Shown here: positions 8,674-17,482 of the stretch, one piece after another
Layout of the letters: each line of letters starts with the position of its first letter
How positions within the stretch are numbered: the first letter of the stretch is position 1
Virus record (IMG/VR): IMGVR_UViG_3300027071_000001
Span: 1-53,409 of that record
Reading direction: 5' to 3' (one strand)
DNA from: a virus
Lineage: Duplodnaviria; Caudoviricetes
DNA length: 53,409 nt
Program-made: the position numbers and the translations under genes
Notes under the pieces: model-generated
Database searches by the model: none
What the model was told of the DNA's origin: nothing
Seen by the model: only the letters and a program-made list of their open reading frames with translations

Positions 8674-9887
8674 TAACCTATTCCTTTGTGATCGGTGGTT
8701 GCTTCGCGTAGTGCGTAGTACCTCGGTTTGACTTCGTACATCGTGTTAAGTGCGTATTCGTAGTCGCCACCCTGCTCCATGTCCAAGCACGGTTCCCGAT
8801 AGCCACAGAATCCACAGGAGAAGCGTCCAGGCGACGGATACAGCGCGAGGTCAGGATTGATCATCTCGAGCGCTGTTTGGTAGAGATGAACGCCGAAATT
8901 GTCGAGTTGGATTGGGCGCTTGTAGACCTTGTGATCGTTGAGGAAACGAGGCCCGTCAGTTGTGAGCCAGTTGATGAAGTCGTCGTAGAGGCCCGCCTCG
9001 TACGCGGCCGTGTCACGTGTCTTCACGGTTCGTGCAAAGGTCTCTGCGTCGGTGTCTTGGTTCGCGTTGATGCTGAACGATCTTCCGAGGCGTACGACCT
9101 TGTTCTGCATCGGAGGCTTGGGGTAGCCCTTCTTTAGTTCAATGTACCTGAAGCCGCGGATGTTGAGTCCGAGTTGCCGCCTGAGTGCCCAGACGTAGCC
9201 GGAGACTTGATCGTCGAGTTCGAGGATGACATCTGAGTCCTCGTTCATCATTCGGATCGTTGTCTTCCAGTCTACGATCCAGTAGTCACCGAACCTGTCA
9301 CGAGCGATGGTGTCAATGCGGCCTTCGTAGACGACCGGTAGCCCAGGCCAGTACGAATGACCATCGTGTTTGAACTGCTCAAGCGTAATGCCTAGGTGCA
9401 TAGCGTACTTGGCTTGGCACTTCTCGCACTTGCAGTAGAGTTGCTCGCCTGTCCATGGGTTGACGATCGGTACTTGGAACTTCACCTCGACGTAGATGGG
9501 GGTGAACTCCGCGACCGGGAGATGATTCATTACGTACCAGTGAATCATTCCCCGACCGAGAGCTACCTGCTCGTCGTAGTCTCGCTCCTCGTCGTCGCCC
9601 AGGCCCCTGTCCTGCAGTGCGTAGAACGCCTTCTTCTGTCGCTGTGCCTCGTCGAAGAACGCTGCCTCTGCGAACTGAGCGATGAGTTGGCGCGGAGCAC
9701 CCCACGTCTCGGGATTGTACATCGCCTCCATACCCTTATGGAAGGCTACGCCGAACTCGAGCGGTACTGCAGTATAGGTAGGCTGTAGGTCTAGCCCGAA
9801 GGACCAGCGCCAGCGACGCCGGCAGCCTCTGAACGAGCGGATTTCAGATGTATGAATTTCGTGTACAAGTTCATCCATCGCTTGCAC
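8673..9887 (-). CDS. Cas4-like PD-(D/E)XK exonuclease
   Basis: N-terminal C-RRW, GRIDT...IVDWKT, Q..Y, C-terminal CGFCGYREPC. Confidence 0.85.
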   Translation of the reverse strand: MQAMDELVHEIHTSEIRSFRGCRRRWRWSFGLDLQPTYTAVPLEFGVAFHKGMEAMYNPETWGAPRQLIAQFAEAAFFDEAQRQKKAFYALQDRGLGDDEERDYDEQVALGRGMIHWYVMNHLPVAEFTPIYVEVKFQVPIVNPWTGEQLYCKCEKCQAKYAMHLGITLEQFKHDGHSYWPGLPVVYEGRIDTIARDRFGDYWIVDWKTTIRMMNEDSDVILELDDQVSGYVWALRRQLGLNIRGFRYIELKKGYPKPPMQNKVVRLGRSFSINANQDTDAETFARTVKTRDTAAYEAGLYDDFINWLTTDGPRFLNDHKVYKRPIQLDNFGVHLYQTALEMINPDLALYPSPGRFSCGFCGYREPCLDMEQGGDYEYALNTMYEVKPRYYALREATTDHKGIG

Positions 9888-9914
9888 TGGGAACTCCTTT
9901 AGGCTGATAAAACT

Positions 9915-9944
9915 ATTATATCATGGATCCACTAAGGAACTCAA
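9915..9944 (-). promoter_or_regulatory. SigA-type promoter TTGAGT-N18-TATAAT
   Basis: Read directly; upstream of the exonuclease-to-polymerase operon. Confidence 0.65.
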
Positions 9945-9964
9945 TAGCACAGTGTGTTATAAAA

Positions 9965-10315
9965 TTATACACGGTTACCCTTACTGCAGTTGCAGCGGAA
10001 GCGAGACGTTTGTACGTTAGCGTAGCTATGTTCTCCTCCCATGCTAAGAGGGATTCTATGCTCAAGTACCATTTCGTGGTATGGAACGAAGTCACCGTCA
10101 CATACTAGCTTGACGCGACAATGTCCTTCGTCGCGACCCCATACGACTCTACGATTTACGAATTCTACATAGTTCTTTCCTGCAAGGGTTCTGTAACGAT
10201 AGTCGACTTGACGACACCGCTTGCAGTACTCATGAAAGAACTCACCGTACGAATCCTTCCAGAACTCTCTAGTAGGTCTAGGTCGTAGGCACATTATGCA
10301 CTGTCGTATCGGCAT
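9965..10315 (-). CDS. HNH endonuclease
   Basis: RDEGHC, EHRIPLSMGGEHSYANVQ...CNCSKG. Confidence 0.85.
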   Translation of the reverse strand: MPIRQCIMCLRPRPTREFWKDSYGEFFHEYCKRCRQVDYRYRTLAGKNYVEFVNRRVVWGRDEGHCRVKLVCDGDFVPYHEMVLEHRIPLSMGGEHSYANVQTSRFRCNCSKGNRV

Positions 10316-10328
10316 TCATCTCCTCCCT

Positions 10329-11949
10329 TTACGGTGTTTTACTTGAAATGTGCTCGCACCAGCGGCATGGCAGCTTACGCTTCGTACGTGGAATATGATG
10401 CTTTCCTGCATCGCAGAGGACGAAACGGTCTTCGTCATGCTTCCTACGGATTGCGTGCATGATATCATGGCGATCGGAGTCTGGTAGCAACGCCAGCATT
10501 ATGATCGCGTCCCGCGCGCCCTGGCCGTAGGCGATAGCCAGCTCAGCTGGGGTAGCTGTCACGTCTGGCACCTGCTCGCTTCCGTCGGTAGTTGTAGATG
10601 ACTCCTATGCCGTAGTAACATGCTATAGCAGTTACTCCGACCACTTCGATGACTAGCCACTTCATGTCGACCTCCTACCATCTGAGTTCATCAGGGATCG
10701 GAGCCAAGATGGGTACATCAAGCGTATCTGCAGTCGCTTCCATGCCAGGTAGAAGCTGTCGTGATTCCTCACTATCAGACGTACCTTGCGGCGACTGTTC
10801 GGCTTGCTCCGCCACCTGATCGTGTTCTCCTTCTGCTTCCCCCACGTCGGCATTGATCTTCTCCTTCAGCTCGTCGAGCAGGTTGTTGCAGCTGACACCT
10901 ATGAGGATGTTGTTAATGAAGCGCTTCACGTTGAAGACGTTGGGTCGCTGGCATCGAGCGTGAACGAACCAGCCGTAGCGCTCGGTTCTGTACCATTGCT
11001 CTGTGAGTGCAGAGAACTTGCCTCTGCGTGCACCTTGCGACTTGCCCACGATCTTGCACCTGCACCAAACCGTAGGCCTAGCGATGAGGGCTTCGACAGT
11101 CGCGCAGGCTGCTGCAATCGCGCCTGTAGCTATGATCTCCGACGAGAGCTGTTCTGTCGGTGTGTTCTCGTCCTGTGCAGCTAGGACACTCTCGATGAAG
11201 TGCTCGGCTGCATCGTTGTCTAGGAACTGCAGAAGGACAACCCTAGCCATTACCTTTCCTCCCCGTCGACGAAGAAGCGGTGCCGCGCGCTACCGCAAGC
11301 TGCGTCGGCAGCGTGGTAGTGAACGATGTAAGGTCCGAACTCCCTGGACTTGTACGCAGCATCCTTGACGATCACCTTATCGTCCAGCGTCGGTGTGACG
11401 TACATATGATTCATTCCTCATCGACCCCCTTGCTCTCCGGTACGTACTCGTCCGGCTCGTATCCAGGCTCCAGCTCGTCGGGCAGTCGTGCGCCTGGCGG
11501 ATGCCTACGCAGCCAGTCGACTGCTGGCTCTGCCTCCCTGATCGCCTCCTTTATCTCCTGACTCACGAACCACTTACGGCGCCTGTGCTTCTGGTCTTCC
11601 GACTTCTCGTTCATGGTTGTACCTTTCCGTCTCCTGCGATTCCCTGCTGCAGTAGGAGCGCGCGAAGCTGCGAACAGCCTTCGCCGATGGCCTCGTTGAC
11701 GCCTTCCTGCGTGATGAAGGGATCGGTGAAGACTGTGATCTGACCGAGGTAGTTGTTGGTCCCGATGAGTCGGCCGCGGCACTGGTAGAAGGCACCGAAA
11801 GCTGGTTGCGGTCCAGCCTCAGTTGGAACCTGAGGAACGAAGACGTACTGCCAGGTCATGATCTCGACGCCGAAGCTCTGCGACTTGAGCGCTGCGAGAA
11901 TCATCGGCGTGAGGCGCTCTTCGACGTTGACGAAGCTCTTGCTAAGCAC
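10329..11949 (-). CDS. run of small hypothetical genes (10329-10571, 10543-10665 membrane, 10675-11250, 11250-11414, 11411-11614, 11611-11949)
   Basis: Tightly abutting minus-strand ORFs with SD sequences. Confidence 0.6.
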
Positions 11950-13534
11950 CGAATATCCTCCTTGCCGTATTAACGGCGTCTTGTATGACGGCCTCGTTCC
12001 ATCCCTCGTTGGTCTCGAGGTCGTACGCCTGCTTGGCTTCGGGTGGAACTTTGTCGCCTAGGATCCACTCCAGGGCTGACCACTTGTTAGCTATGCGCTG
12101 CTTTCGTCCGAGGTCGACGGTGTCTCGAGCGATGATGTCTATGACCTGAACCGGGTTCTTTTGGCCGATACGGTGTAGTCTATCCTCCGCTTGCCTGTTC
12201 CTAGTTGGATTCCAAGCACGATCGAAGAATACGACAGTAGAGGCCCGATGAAGCGTGATGCCTTCCCCTCCAGCCGCAATGGTCCCGCAGAGAACCTGAA
12301 TGTCACCTGCTTGGAACTTCGCCTCGTAGAGGTCTCGGTCGTGCTGAGTGACACTACCAGTGTATGGCCGAGCGACAATGTCTCTAGCCTCAAGACGCCG
12401 TACAGCAAGGTTCGTCATGCTCCTCGACTGGCTGAAGACTACCAGCTGCTCGTCAGGGTTACCGTCGATGATCTCTTCCAGGTCGTCGAGCTTGACCGAC
12501 GGATCGGTCAGAACGACTTTGGTGCCTCTGCGCGTAGGCTCCTCGCCGTGGAACAGGAACCCCGGTTGTACATCCTCGAAGTCCACAGACGCTAGAGCGA
12601 ACTGTTGGAGTCGGACTAGCTGTGCGACGACTGCACCTGCAGCGAGCGGCTTGTCCTTGTTCTCTCCGACCCATGCGATCATGTCCTTGCGCATCTGATC
12701 GTAAGCCTTGCGCTGACCAGGAGGCAGCTCGACGAAGCGCTCGGTGTAGTACTTCTCCGGTAGCTCGATACCGACTTCAGACTTCTTACGTCGCACGTAC
12801 CAAGGCCGAATGGTTGCGAGCATCTTCTGTGCACCTTCAGGGTTCACGCCTACGATCTTCTTGAAGCTCTTGCCGTACTTCATGCGCTGCTCCTGCTCGT
12901 CCTCGAACACGCAACACTCCTTGACAAACCTCCAGTACGACCTGAACAGTTGCGGCCAGAGCCAGTTGAGTACACTCCAGAGGTCCTGTGGCTTGTCGTC
13001 CGCAGGGGTCCCACTGAGTCCGGTCTTGTACTTGGTCGTCAGCGCTTTCAGGGCTCTTGTCTGTTGGGCAGAGCGGTTCTTGATTCGGTGGCACTCGTCA
13101 GCGATGATGTGGAACCACTCGATGTCCTTCAGCTCTCCCATCAGCCGCAGCGCCTCGTAGTGCACGATGACGTAGCAGGGGAAAGGCTTCCTGCCCGTTA
13201 TTGCAGCTGCGAGTGCACGCTCGAGCTCCTGCCGCTTCTTGCGATTGATGACCCAGATGGGTATCGAGTCGCCTACGTATCGCCGGATCTCCTTGACCCA
13301 GGTGTTGTAGTGCGTACCCGACGGAGCGACGATAAGAGTGGGCCGCTTGTAGGCGTAGCGGTCTCGGCGCAGTTCTACGTCCCTAGCAATGCCTTCGAAC
13401 GTCTTACCCAAGCCCATGTCGTCGGCTATGAGCCCTGACTCCATAGGGTCTTCACCGAGCGGGCAGAGCTGCGCTACGCCTGCCTGCTGGAAGTGGTAGA
13501 GCTTGTCCCACGAAACGTTCCTACTTGCGTTCAT
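11942..13534 (-). CDS. SNF2-family helicase
   Basis: DDMGLGKT, DECH, LSGTP, GEGITL, QAEDRLHRIGQ. Confidence 0.95.
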   Translation of the reverse strand: MNASRNVSWDKLYHFQQAGVAQLCPLGEDPMESGLIADDMGLGKTFEGIARDVELRRDRYAYKRPTLIVAPSGTHYNTWVKEIRRYVGDSIPIWVINRKKRQELERALAAAITGRKPFPCYVIVHYEALRLMGELKDIEWFHIIADECHRIKNRSAQQTRALKALTTKYKTGLSGTPADDKPQDLWSVLNWLWPQLFRSYWRFVKECCVFEDEQEQRMKYGKSFKKIVGVNPEGAQKMLATIRPWYVRRKKSEVGIELPEKYYTERFVELPPGQRKAYDQMRKDMIAWVGENKDKPLAAGAVVAQLVRLQQFALASVDFEDVQPGFLFHGEEPTRRGTKVVLTDPSVKLDDLEEIIDGNPDEQLVVFSQSRSMTNLAVRRLEARDIVARPYTGSVTQHDRDLYEAKFQAGDIQVLCGTIAAGGEGITLHRASTVVFFDRAWNPTRNRQAEDRLHRIGQKNPVQVIDIIARDTVDLGRKQRIANKWSALEWILGDKVPPEAKQAYDLETNEGWNEAVIQDAVNTARRIFGA

Positions 13535-13802
13535 CCTTCTCCTTACTGTGACGCTCGCCTACTACGTCGCCGCTACTGGGGCAAAGCCACAACAGGACGT
13601 ACTTCCCATCCCTGAGTTCGTAGTCGAGACCGAGCTTGCTCTTGCCGTTGTACGGGTGCCGTATGTGACACCGACCGCACCAGACGCCTGCAGTTACGTC
13701 CTGAAGACCTGGAGGTGTCCATTCCTTACCTATTACTGTCCTCTTCCTTCGGCGCCACGTGCGTGCCGATCGTGCTAGTATGCTGTGAAGGTCGTCCCTC
13801 AT
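13521..13802 (-). CDS. hypothetical Cys-containing protein
   Basis: GGAGG SD before MRDDL; CGRC...CPSS. Confidence 0.55.
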   Translation of the reverse strand: MRDDLHSILARSARTWRRRKRTVIGKEWTPPGLQDVTAGVWCGRCHIRHPYNGKSKLGLDYELRDGKYVLLWLCPSSGDVVGERHSKEKDERK

Positions 13803-14109
13803 CGAACCTCCTCTCACCACCACGCAGGAGCGCCCCATGAACGTGTCTTGCTCCTGCGTGGCAGTGAACTGATGTTCAGTCGAGCCGTTGTCGTAGGACT
13901 TAGAGCCTTCGCGACTGATTCCGACCAGTCAGCTCCAGTATCCGCATCGCACTACCTCACCTCCTCGAGTGTCGGAAATGCCTGGAACACACGCTGCACC
14001 AAGTTGCGCGGAGGAGTCAGCGTCTCCAGTACCAGGAAGGAACCGGAGGCTCCGTTCGGATTGAACGGATCGTACATGAACATATTCTTCACCTCCTCTC
14101 GCGTCAGTT

Positions 14110-14436
14110 TCAAGGCAGTAGGCCTTTCGACCTAGCCTCTTCCACCTCGCGCCGGTGATCGACCGTGCGAGGGTCCACAGGAGCGTTGGCTTCAGCCAAC
14201 CTCCGAGCCTTATCGAACTCCGCCTTAATGACGTCGGAAGGCATCCAGCTGAGGTTGATCTGACCATCTTCGATCTCCAGCTTGCCTTCCCAGAGCGTGT
14301 ATTCGCCATAGTCAGGGTCGAAGTACCCGATGTGACGATCGAGAGCTGCCGAGTCCTCAAACTGCATCCCCACCAGGAGGTTCAGCAAGTCCCTCGCGGT
14401 TGGGTGCAAGCTTGCCGACTGAACGTAGGTAGTCAT
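14110..14436 (-). CDS. hypothetical protein (start 14436 or 14367)
   Basis: Open frame within the operon. Confidence 0.55.
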   Translation of the reverse strand: MTTYVQSASLHPTARDLLNLLVGMQFEDSAALDRHIGYFDPDYGEYTLWEGKLEIEDGQINLSWMPSDVIKAEFDKARRLAEANAPVDPRTVDHRREVEEARSKGLLP

Positions 14437-14626
14437 CTGCTTCCTCCTTTTCTATAACCCTTCGGCCGCAGTCGCAGCGTGTGTAGGTAATGTGTTCAGC
14501 TCGGATGTAATAGTAGATCAACTGAGGCTTAATGCCCCGTAGCTTGCCGTAATTGACTGGTGTGATGTACTTCGCGTCAGCTTCTTCATCCGCTTGCATC
14601 TGTCGTATAACTTCGTCAATACCCAT
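14357..14626 (-). CDS. Xis/AlpA-like HTH protein
   Basis: ITPVNYGKLRGIKPQLIYYYIR pattern. Confidence 0.55.
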   Translation of the reverse strand: MGIDEVIRQMQADEEADAKYITPVNYGKLRGIKPQLIYYYIRAEHITYTRCDCGRRVIEKEEADDYLRSVGKLAPNREGLAEPPGGDAV

Positions 14627-14660
14627 TGCGCAGTCTTCTCGTCAGAAGTTGAGACGTGTC

Positions 14661-15017
14661 TCAGAAACGTTCGTAGCCACCTAGGGCACGACGTGCTTGT
14701 GCCTCAGAGACTCCTGGGTGTGTAGACATGTACTCGAGGAGTGCCAGTTCTTCACGCGCTGCGATCATCAGAGTCGATGACTCGTCAGGCCGCTCGAACG
14801 CCTTCGGACCTCTCTGTCCGGGCTGAGGAATCGAGCCGTCAGGGTTCGTCTGCACTAGCCAAGTTTCGCCTTCCCTTGGGCAGCGCACGTTCTCACAGAC
14901 AAAGACGTGAACCTTGGTTCCTCGTGGCGTACCCTGTGGACGCCGTGAGCCTTGCTCCTTACCCGGTTCTTGACAGCCTGGACACCTCTTCGCCTCCTCG
15001 AATGTCGTATCCGTCAC
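14661..15017 (-). CDS. zinc-ribbon protein
   Basis: CPGC...CENVRC. Confidence 0.55.
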   Translation of the reverse strand: MTDTTFEEAKRCPGCQEPGKEQGSRRPQGTPRGTKVHVFVCENVRCPREGETWLVQTNPDGSIPQPGQRGPKAFERPDESSTLMIAAREELALLEYMSTHPGVSEAQARRALGGYERF

Positions 15018-15018
15018 G

Positions 15019-15426
15019 CTATGATGCCTCCAGCATTCGATCGAGGGTCGCCTCTAGGTCGCCGACGCGCCTGTTGAGAGCTTCGACTTGGCCTTGTAGC
15101 TGGCCCAGCTTGGTCGAGCTCTGAAGCCGACGCTGCTCGGCCTCCGCGAACACATCCCACTCTGGGTCCTTGATGAGCTCCCACCGCGATGGCGAGTTGC
15201 CGCCGCCGCGCGACAGCTGGCGCACGCAGCCCATCTTGCGTAGGCGCTGCATGACTGAGGTGTAGTATGGCGTAGCGAGTTGAAGCTCGCTGAAGAGTCG
15301 TGTCAGGAAGCCTTCGTACACGAGTGCGTGCTGCCCCTCGATTGTCGTAGGCGCCGCTTGCCTCTTCATAGCCGCGAACACTGACAGGCAATGTTCGAAT
15401 AGCCTCGGAGGTGCTTCCTCATTCAT
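15019..15426 (-). CDS. winged-helix-like protein with coiled-coil tail
   Basis: VMQRLRKMGCVRQLSRGGG..SRW followed by heptads. Confidence 0.5.
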   Translation of the reverse strand: MNEEAPPRLFEHCLSVFAAMKRQAAPTTIEGQHALVYEGFLTRLFSELQLATPYYTSVMQRLRKMGCVRQLSRGGGNSPSRWELIKDPEWDVFAEAEQRRLQSSTKLGQLQGQVEALNRRVGDLEATLDRMLEAS

Positions 15427-15619
15427 TGTCGGTCACCTTCTTTCTGATGCCACGGAGCTTCTGCAGTATCTCTCCGTAGCTACCTGTTGCCTCTAGTAGT
15501 TCATCCCAACTCTCTGGAAGGTCTGCTGCTGGGTCCTGCATCACATCGTCGAATGCCTCGATCTCGATGTCAAGCACGTCACATAGTAGACTCTTTTCCT
15601 CGGCCGTTAGATCGACCAT
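15419..15619 (-). CDS. small acidic hypothetical protein
   Basis: GGGGAG SD then MVDLTAEEK. Confidence 0.6.
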   Translation of the reverse strand: MVDLTAEEKSLLCDVLDIEIEAFDDVMQDPAADLPESWDELLEATGSYGEILQKLRGIRKKVTDNE

Positions 15620-15643
15620 GTAATACTCCCCTGTCTTCTGGAT

Positions 15644-15925
15644 GAGGGGCTCCTGCCTAAGGCGGTGACGAGTAGGCAGGAGCCCCTCGTTTGACCTCGC
15701 CTCGTAGTTGCGCGGAACAAGGGCGCCAACCCTGGTCTCAAGCTGCCGATGCCGTCTACGTAAACAGCCATCCACCGAAAGCTTCCGGGCAATTGCCTAC
15801 GAGGCGAGGGGCCTATTTAGTTGTACGTGCTTAGTGGACGGAAGAGTTCTGAGGCTCTTCCGCCCGTACCTGCGGGTAGGTACTGAACTACTTAGTACTA
15901 CCGTACCTGCGGGTCGGTACGGGCC
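15644..15925 (-). ncRNA. candidate structured non-coding RNA or leader
   Basis: 16-bp stem 15644-15688, 13-bp long-range stem 15695/15809, 8-bp stem 15839-15862, 14-nt direct repeat at 15864 and 15901. Confidence 0.5.
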
Positions 15926-15931
15926 TATCGA

Positions 15932-16726
15932 CTAGGCCGTCGGGAACTCGAAGTGCTTGACGACCGGCTGAGTGGTTGCCCAGCCCTCGGCCTGGACCGC
16001 GATGTCGAACATGAGCGGCTGAGGCAGACCGATACCGTTGTGGTTGAGATCCCACGCCGCTTGCCAGGCGGTCAGGGTTGACGGGAGCGTGCACTTGAAG
16101 TTGCGAGTCGGGAACGAGAACAGGCCCTGTAGGTCGTACAGGCCTGCAGCGATGGCGTTCCTGTAGATGCCTGTACCTCCACCACGAATCCACCACGGCA
16201 GGTCTTGCTGGGTGAGAAGGATGGTGCAGGTGTCGAAGTCCACGGTGGCGCCGCTGAGAGCAGCGTGGTGGATCACGACGCTGTCGCCGAAGGCATCACT
16301 GAGCCGGTCTCGCGTCGGGCTGAGCGTGGTGTCCGTGCCGAAGTGGAATCGGATGGGACCTGTGCCGAGGACGGTACCCAGCGGGTTGACGGAGTTGACG
16401 TCGATGTCGAGCTCCTGCTGCCTGACGCGGCAAGCGCTGAGGTCAGCACCTGCTGGAGCAGGCTGCGGCACTGGGAACAGAACCAGCGGGCACTTGGGTG
16501 CGACTGGCTGTGTCGGAGTCGGGCACGGATTGAAGCCGAACTCCGGGCTGACAGTGCCTCCTGTCGGGCTCCAGCTCGGGCTGGTGTCCGGCGAGCACGT
16601 CGAGCTGTCGCTGGGTGACGGATTCGGCTCTCCTCCTGTCACCGACGCCATCGCCGAGGTCGTGAGACCTAGGGTCAGGAGAACGGCTGCGGAGGCACCG
16701 ATCGCCACAATGCGGAACTTGGACAT
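15932..16726 (-). CDS. predicted secreted protein
   Basis: MSKFRIVAIGASAAVLLTLGLTTSAMA signal peptide, Pro/Ser linker, several Cys. Confidence 0.7.
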   Translation of the reverse strand: MSKFRIVAIGASAAVLLTLGLTTSAMASVTGGEPNPSPSDSSTCSPDTSPSWSPTGGTVSPEFGFNPCPTPTQPVAPKCPLVLFPVPQPAPAGADLSACRVRQQELDIDVNSVNPLGTVLGTGPIRFHFGTDTTLSPTRDRLSDAFGDSVVIHHAALSGATVDFDTCTILLTQQDLPWWIRGGGTGIYRNAIAAGLYDLQGLFSFPTRNFKCTLPSTLTAWQAAWDLNHNGIGLPQPLMFDIAVQAEGWATTQPVVKHFEFPTA

Positions 16727-16839
16727 AAATGTCCCTTCCTGTAGTGTAGAGGACTGAATGTCCCCTACCTAGTGAACGGGGGAGGTTTGGCCCTCCCCCG
16801 CTCTGCACCGGATCTATTTAGTTGTAGGCGGAACTGAGG

Positions 16840-17349
16840 CTACTCGGCCTCGACGAACGTGTCGTCCTGGCTGCCCCACGGGTCGCCCGCGGCCTCAGCC
16901 TCGTCGTCGGCGTCCATCGTCGCCTGCGCGGCTTCGCCCCTCGGCTTGCCGGAGGTGCCTCCGGGCTTGCCGCTCGTTCCGGTCCGCTGAGCGCGCCGCT
17001 GGTACCACGCGACGCCCTCCTCGAGGTCCAGTCCCGGACGCGTCCACGCCCTGGTCTCGCCGTCGTTGATCTGCGGCTCGTCGTACTCGATGCCGTCCTC
17101 GTCGTAGTGCTTGACGGGGAACGGATCGGTCTTGCCGGGGTTCTTCACGAACGTGTAGAACTGCTGCGGCTTGATGTCCTTCGGCGCGAGGCCGCGCTTG
17201 ACCAGCTCGTTCTTGAGCTGGATCGGCGTCACCTTGCCGTCAGGCAGTGGGAACCTCGTTCCGACTGCTCCGCCGTTGGTCTCGACCGTGTCGGCCGCCG
17301 CCCCAGCCTCGTCTGGGGTCTCGGTCTCGGTCGCGGTGCTCCTGGCCAT
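16840..17349 (-). CDS. DNA-binding protein candidate with acidic disordered ends
   Basis: GGAGG SD; VTPIQL...IKPQQFYTFVK; strongly GC3-biased codons. Confidence 0.6.
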   Translation of the reverse strand: MARSTATETETPDEAGAAADTVETNGGAVGTRFPLPDGKVTPIQLKNELVKRGLAPKDIKPQQFYTFVKNPGKTDPFPVKHYDEDGIEYDEPQINDGETRAWTRPGLDLEEGVAWYQRRAQRTGTSGKPGGTSGKPRGEAAQATMDADDEAEAAGDPWGSQDDTFVEAE

Positions 17350-17391
17350 TTTTCCTCCTTCTAGGTGGCCTAGCTTTTTGCTTCTACCTCT

Positions 17392-17421
17392 ATTATATAG
17401 CGGCACACGCTGGGAAAGCTA
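17392..17421 (-). promoter_or_regulatory. promoter TAGCTT-N18-TATAAT
   Basis: Read directly. Confidence 0.55.
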
Positions 17422-17482
17422 GAGGGCAAACTGGGATTTCTTTGGAATCTTTTTTGCCACATTGTGCCACTAGGGAACGCTA

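Noticed and set aside
8673-9887. CRISPR-Cas system from the Cas4-like gene
   Set aside because: No array or other cas genes; standard phage recombination module
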